NCBI GenBank assembly: GCA_032718475.1
Contig: JAUCBJ010003252.1
Location: 14,368-78,367 of the forward strand
Direction: 5' to 3'
Length of the DNA stretch: 64,000 nucleotides
From: Nemertoderma westbladi
Taxonomy: Eukaryota; Animalia; Xenacoelomorpha
In this document: positions 58,590-64,000 of the stretch, piece after piece
How positions within the stretch are numbered: the stretch's first letter is position 1
How the letters are laid out: every line of letters starts with the position of its first letter
Made by a program: the position numbers and the translations under genes
Notes under the pieces: model-generated
Databases searched by the model: none
The model's input: the letters and a program-made list of their open reading frames with translations, nothing else
Told to the model about the DNA's origin: nothing

Positions 58590-60200
58590 AATTATTACAT
58601 AGTTTTGTAGGTTAGCAAAATTGTGTTTGTTTACACTATTGGTGCAGGGGTCTTGCATTGTCAAAAATTTGAAAAGTTGTGTTTTTTGCCGTTATAAGCC
58701 ATTTCAGAAACTTCTAGCACTGGGAAAAGTCATATTTCAAAAAAAATTATGTCTAAATGATTTCATTTCACATGTTTTGAAAAAAATGTTGTTTGTTTGC
58801 AATAATTGTGCAATTGTGCAATAATTGCGAATTGTCATGTATTGTCAAAAATTTGAAAAGTTGTGTTTTTTTATGGTTTTAGGCCATTTCAGACACTTCT
58901 AACACTGGGGAAAGTCATATTAAAAAAAAAAATTCTTTCTAAATGAATTAATTTTACATAGTTTTGTAAAAAATGTTGTTTGTTTGCACTAATTGTGCGG
59001 GGGTCATGCATTGTCAAAAATTTGAAAAGTTGTGTTTTTTATGGTTTTAGGCCATTTCAGACACTTCTAACACTGGGGAAAGTCATATTAAAAAAAAAAA
59101 AAAAAATCTTTCTAAATGAATTATAATTCACGACTCATCTTGGTGTTAGCTATTATTTTTATCCTATTTAAAAAAATATTGCATGAATAATTATTGATTA
59201 TAAATAAAGAGTAAAATTTAGAACATTGCACAAATAAATAATGTATAGGTATACGTATAAAACACAATCAACATGAGCTTCAATTTGAATATTTGCATAT
59301 TGACAGAGAATCATAAGAAAAATCAATTGGATTATAGAGTGGAAAATTTAAATTTAGATTATTCAATTGCGAGTAAGTAAACATAAGTTGTTTTTTTAAG
59401 TTAAGTTGCTAAGTTGTTAAGTTGCCTGGCACCGGTGCGGTGCCAGGCGCTTGTGTTACAATCACCATCACCCATCAACCCCATCAAACAGTCCGATGTA
59501 GTGGAAGGGTGTGTCCACGGTTCCCACCACCGACGCCGCGTTTCCCATGAGAATTGCCACTGCCAAGCTTTGCAGCAAAAACTGGCGCGACCGTTGCTCA
59601 TTGGTCCGAGCATGAAGATGCGCCCCGACTTCCTGGAGGAAGCTGGCTGTCTCGGGTCCGGGTCGACCAAAGGTCTCAAAGGCCACGGGACTGAAGTAGC
59701 AGCGACCAGCTCTACCAACTCGCTATACTTCCTAATCTTCACCCGCTCAGCCTCCTCAGCAGCACGGCCACCAGCGATGAGGGTCTGCTGGAGATGACTC
59801 GGGGCGAGGGGATCCGTTACGGTTGCGTCCCAGGCCAATGAGCGGCCGCGGTTCCAAGGCATCACTGTAACCCCGTCAACCCTCTTACCATCGCTCCGAC
59901 AGAGACCCGGGGGCTCAGGGATGGGGGACACCCCGCAGCTGACCAGCGCCCGCCTTACTATATCGTTCAACATAGCGTGGCGGGGATGCCGGCCAGCGCT
60001 CCTCTGGCAGCAGATACCATGGAGAAAAATTCTAGATGAATTAATTTTACAAAAAAATTTCTTTCTAAATGAATTAATTTTACATAGTTTTGTAAAAAAT
60101 GTTGTTTGTTTGAACTAATTGTGCGGAGGTCATGCATTGTCAAAAATTTGGAAAGTGATGTTTTTATGTGGTTTTAGGCAATTTCACATATCTAACATAG
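58590..60200 (-). repeat. ~170-185-bp tandem repeat, about 4 units, interrupted by a CRE fragment
   Basis: ttgtcaaaaatttg recurs at ~58658, 58842, 59011 and 60138. Confidence 0.85.
59124..60020 (-). mobile_element. 5'-truncated CRE-clade non-LTR retrotransposon (restriction-like endonuclease)
   Basis: C..SAGRHPRH...LND, EPPGL..DGKRVDG, LAWDATVTD, KIRKY, AFETFG, GNAASV. Flanked by a duplicated tctttctaaatgaatta. Confidence 0.85.
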
Positions 60201-60224
60201 GGAAAAGATGAAATGATGAAAAGA

Positions 60225-60765
60225 TGGAAAACCGGAGTGCTAAACAGACCATTATTGAATGTTTGCAACCGGATGTTAAAAGGGGAAAAGCCACCACCAA
60301 TTTGGACTAAAGGTCAACTAAAGCCTCTCCCCAAGAAAGGAGATCTCGGCATACCAACAAACTATCATGGGATCTGTCTGCTTGTGGTAGCTGCCAAAAT
60401 ATACAATAAAATGATTCTATATAGGATTAGGCCTCACATAGAGAAACTACTGCGTAAGAGCCAAAACGGATTTCGACCAAGTAGATCAACAATAGCTCAG
60501 ATACTTGCACTACGGAGACTGATTGAAGGAATTAAGTCAAAGAATCTCCCCGCAGTCATGACTTTTGTGGACTTCAAGAAGGCACTAGACTCCATCCATA
60601 GAGGTAAAATGCTTGAAATCCTAAGAGCTTATGGAATACCAGAAGTAATTGTTGCTGGCATTGGATTGTTATATTGTGACACAGAGGCGCAGGTACTCTC
60701 ACCAGATGGTGAAACTGAGTTTTTCTCAATCCTGGCTGGTGTACTGCAAGGTGACACATTAGCAC
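60225..60765 (+). mobile_element. RTE family A RT segment (continuation of 44210-46047)
   Basis: WKTGVLNRP...GVLQGDTLA, nearly identical to ORF 14913-15557. Confidence 0.92.
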
Positions 60766-61460
60766 ATTTCGGTGCCATCATTAATATGCTGGTCGATTAA
60801 TTGAAGCAACGTAGGAGCACTCTGATCTTCAACAAAGCAGAGAAATCCAATCTTCAGAGTACAGTTGCACCCTCCAAAGACCCATCTTTCGGGAACAAAT
60901 GTGCCCATAATTATACTTTCTTTTGGCAATAACAGAGTCGTCAATCTGAACGATTAAACCTGGCCCACCGATTTTAAATGGATGAGCATCCAGCCAATAA
61001 GAACATACGTCTAGCAAAAACTGATACCATTGAATAATGGACCTTTCACTAATCAGAGCTAAGAATGTAGTTACAGTGCGCACTGGAACTCTTTCGGCTC
61101 AAAAGTAGAATACCATGAACCAGCTCTTCAATGTCAAATGGCTTTGAAAAAATAATAGATTCCTTATGCCCTTTATGATAATTGCACCTCCAACAAACTC
61201 CGTCAATTCGCTCCTTCCTCTTCACTAATGACATTTGTTTACTACAAATAGTGCGATTAGGGGCACCTTTCCAAAGAATGTTGGCTGACTTAAAATAGTC
61301 AACCATCAGTGTAAAAAAACAGATAGCAAGTTCTAAAGCATTGAAAATATTCATTGTCAACAAAGAATATGAGCCAGAAATAAGTTATAGAATGGAAAAA
61401 ATTATAGAAACACATTTAAAAAAACATTTAATTTTGGGACCCCTAAAGTTCAGTAGTGCC
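60766..61460 (-). mobile_element. Merlin (IS1595/ISXO2-like) transposon, 5' half
   Basis: DGVCWRC zinc ribbon, KIGGPGLIVQIDDSVIAKRKYN, WVFGG, FVEDQSAPTLL. Probable terminus GGCACTACTGAAC at 61460. Confidence 0.85.
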
Positions 61461-62440
61461 ATTTTTTATACTAGCTAGTTTTTGCTATTTTTTTAAAACA
61501 CGCCAAGGTTGGAACTTATTTAATTATCAGTAGGCTTATGAGTAATTACTGTATATTATTTTTAAATTATTATTGCTTTCACTTTCAAGTTTTTCAAGAG
61601 GTTTAGTAGTAAGATAAATAAGTAAGTCTGGGGGGGTATAGGAAAAATGGCAGGTAGGAAAAACGAATTTTGTAGTAAAGTACCAAAGTGCAGTATTTGG
61701 TGCACTTTATGCATTTTGGAACGAGACCAGGAAATGAAATGAGGGCTATTTGTGTGGTTGAGATTAATAAAAAATATTACGCAGATAAGGAATTATTTTA
61801 TTTAGAACTAACTGAAAGGTTGACAAAGACTTGTACAGGGATGTACTGCAACTTGTTTACAAACCTAGAGAGCATGATTATCCTTTCGATAATATTGTAT
61901 ATCCAGTGTTTCTTATCGTCTCGAAGGTCACGTGAAACTGGACGTCATTTGACTGCGATGAGTGGTAGACCTGGTAAACATAAACGATCTACAAGTCCAT
62001 GCTCATTCTTCTCTAGAACTTTGATGCTAAAGGGCGTCCCTGCATTTTTTGCTCTAGAACATTTTTTAGACTAAAGCCTGGTAATATTTTTTTTTTAATA
62101 TTTTGAAATATATCAATTAAATAGAATAAAATAAATATATAATATATAATAAATAAAATGATGATAGCTAGTATAATTTATGGTTGCTAGTAAATTTTAG
62201 TGTATTAATGGATAGATTTCGATAGAAATATAGTTTCGTATATTACAATAATTACAAGTAATATTAAACTTTATGTCTAGACACGAATATTTATTATGTC
62301 TACTGTCTTCAGAGTAGAATGTATACTGTCTTGTTACAGATCTAGGTCTTCCAAGAAGTTCTAGAATTTATAATGCTTTGCAATCAATTTCAGTGAGTCT
62401 TTCATCATAAGTCTCATGTTGCAGTTCGAGCCACTGAGCC

Positions 62441-62487
62441 AGTTCAGCTTATATGCATGCCTACTAGGCATGCATATAAGCTGAACT
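62441..62487. repeat. Perfect 23-bp-arm palindrome
   Basis: agttcagcttatatgcatgccta-c-taggcatgcatataagctgaact. Confidence 0.95.
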
Positions 62488-63774
62488 AGGCATTGCCTAG
62501 GTACCATGCAGGAATTTTCTTAATCTCTGTCATAGGTGATGTGGGAGTGAGGGGGGTAGTGGTGATAATAGACTTGATAATAAAATTTTAACCTTATCTG
62601 TGGGGGGGGGGGGGGGGGGGGGGGGGGGTCATTCTGGAAATTTTTTAGATCTTGACTCATAAATTACAATTTTGATGGTATAAGGGCTTTCGAGGTGGCT
62701 CTTCGCAATAAAACTAGTGAAAAATATTTTCTGGTCATTGCAGTATTGGCTTTAGACATGGATTCAGCACCAAGCTTTTCCCTGCTGTTCGATGAGCTGT
62801 TTTGTCCCAAGTTATAATACCTTTAACTTGTGCTTCAAATTATCATTTTATAAATTTCAACATCTGTTTAGACTGGTTGCCAAGGTAACTGAATTTTCTA
62901 ATTAACTTCAATCGGCTCGGCTAAGACCCTTAGTGTTGAGTTGAGAAACCCCAAGTTTGTATCTACAGTCGTGGTCTCAAAGTGCATCTGTTCTTTGAGA
63001 TTTGATCAAAGTGGTCTAAAAGTCTATATCGTTAATTAAATATTTATATTTATTCCTAATTGTCTGATTGTTGCTAATTGTAATTAAATTAATGCCTAAT
63101 TTATAAACATTTTACAAGCAACAGGCATTCTTGGGAAGATTTTCATATAACACTGATAGAAAGTATTAAAGTATACCAGGGAAAAGACCTCAAATTCCAA
63201 ATGCGAAAGAGGGAAGGTTACTATCAGTGCACACTGGAGACTTTAGAGCCATACGGAATAAACTCAATTAATGAAGCAATGGCAAATTAAATGGCAGATT
63301 AAAATTATATATTTTAATGGGGTTTTATATTTCAATTATTAATTTGTTCTATAAAATTACTTTGAATACTTGAATAAGAGTCACGCTGACTCGAAATATT
63401 ATGCTGTAATCATTTTTATTTTAATTGCTTGATATTGGTCTGTCAAATAATCATTCAAATAAATAGTCAAATATTGGTCTGTAATAATTTTTATTTCAAT
63501 TGCTTGATATTGGTCTGTCAAAATATAATTCGTTCAACCCAAGATGATATAAAATTTATATGTATAAACCATGTAGAGCTTTACAGACCTTTATCAAATA
63601 TATATATGTATTCTTGGTTAGTGTAAAATCATAAATGGTCGTATTATCGAAACCAGGGGGATTCACCCACTTGGAGTGGAACTATAGGAGAAAACCTTTT
63701 TACAGAATATTATTTTGATTTTAAAACCTTAAAAATTTATTTTAAATTTTCTTTACCTTGGTAACTACTAAGAA

Positions 63775-64000
63775 TTAGTACTTTTATATTGCACATCATA
63801 AAGTTAGTTGCCCCAGGAGTAACCTTGAACATGAACATGAACATATTATATTATTGGCACTTATATATTGCACAACATAAAGTTAGTTGCCTCAGGAGTA
63901 ACCTTGAACATGACCATGAACATATATATTATGTATATTATTGGTACTTATATATTGCACATCATAAAGTTAGTTGCCTCAGGAGTAACCTTAAAGAATA
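63775..64000. repeat. ~80-bp minisatellite, about 3 units
   Basis: tatattgcacatcataaagttagttgcctcaggagtaacctt recurs three times. Confidence 0.9.

Noticed and set aside
61688-63010. 128-aa ORF and coding-like patches
   Set aside because: No recognisable motif on either strand, and stops in the alternative frames; left unassigned.

Overview
AT-rich eukaryotic (invertebrate-like) genomic DNA; no prokaryotic features seen. The only host-gene-like structure is a tandem array of ~243-252 bp units. Each unit is one 123/126-nt phase-1 exon encoding a calcium-binding EGF domain ([39 protein letters not shown](T)CL) plus a near-identical ~120-nt GT-AG intron. There are about 20 units on + (1-16896) and a short inverted copy on - (~42290-42610). 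The rest is a deeply nested pile of transposable elements, and most boundaries can be read from TSDs, TIRs and restored reading frames. Retroelements: a full-length CR1-group LINE, several RTE copies, an L2/Crack-like LINE, CRE and Penelope fragments, BEL/Pao remains and two copies of one LTR. DNA transposons: four piggyBac-type elements, two Sola1, one apparently intact intron-containing Sola2, a Merlin, an IS3EU-like foldback and a Helentron-associated (HINE-like) insertion. A large, old inverted duplication relates ~16.6-25.8 kb to ~40.2-44.2 kb. All family assignments are by motif recognition only; no searches were run.
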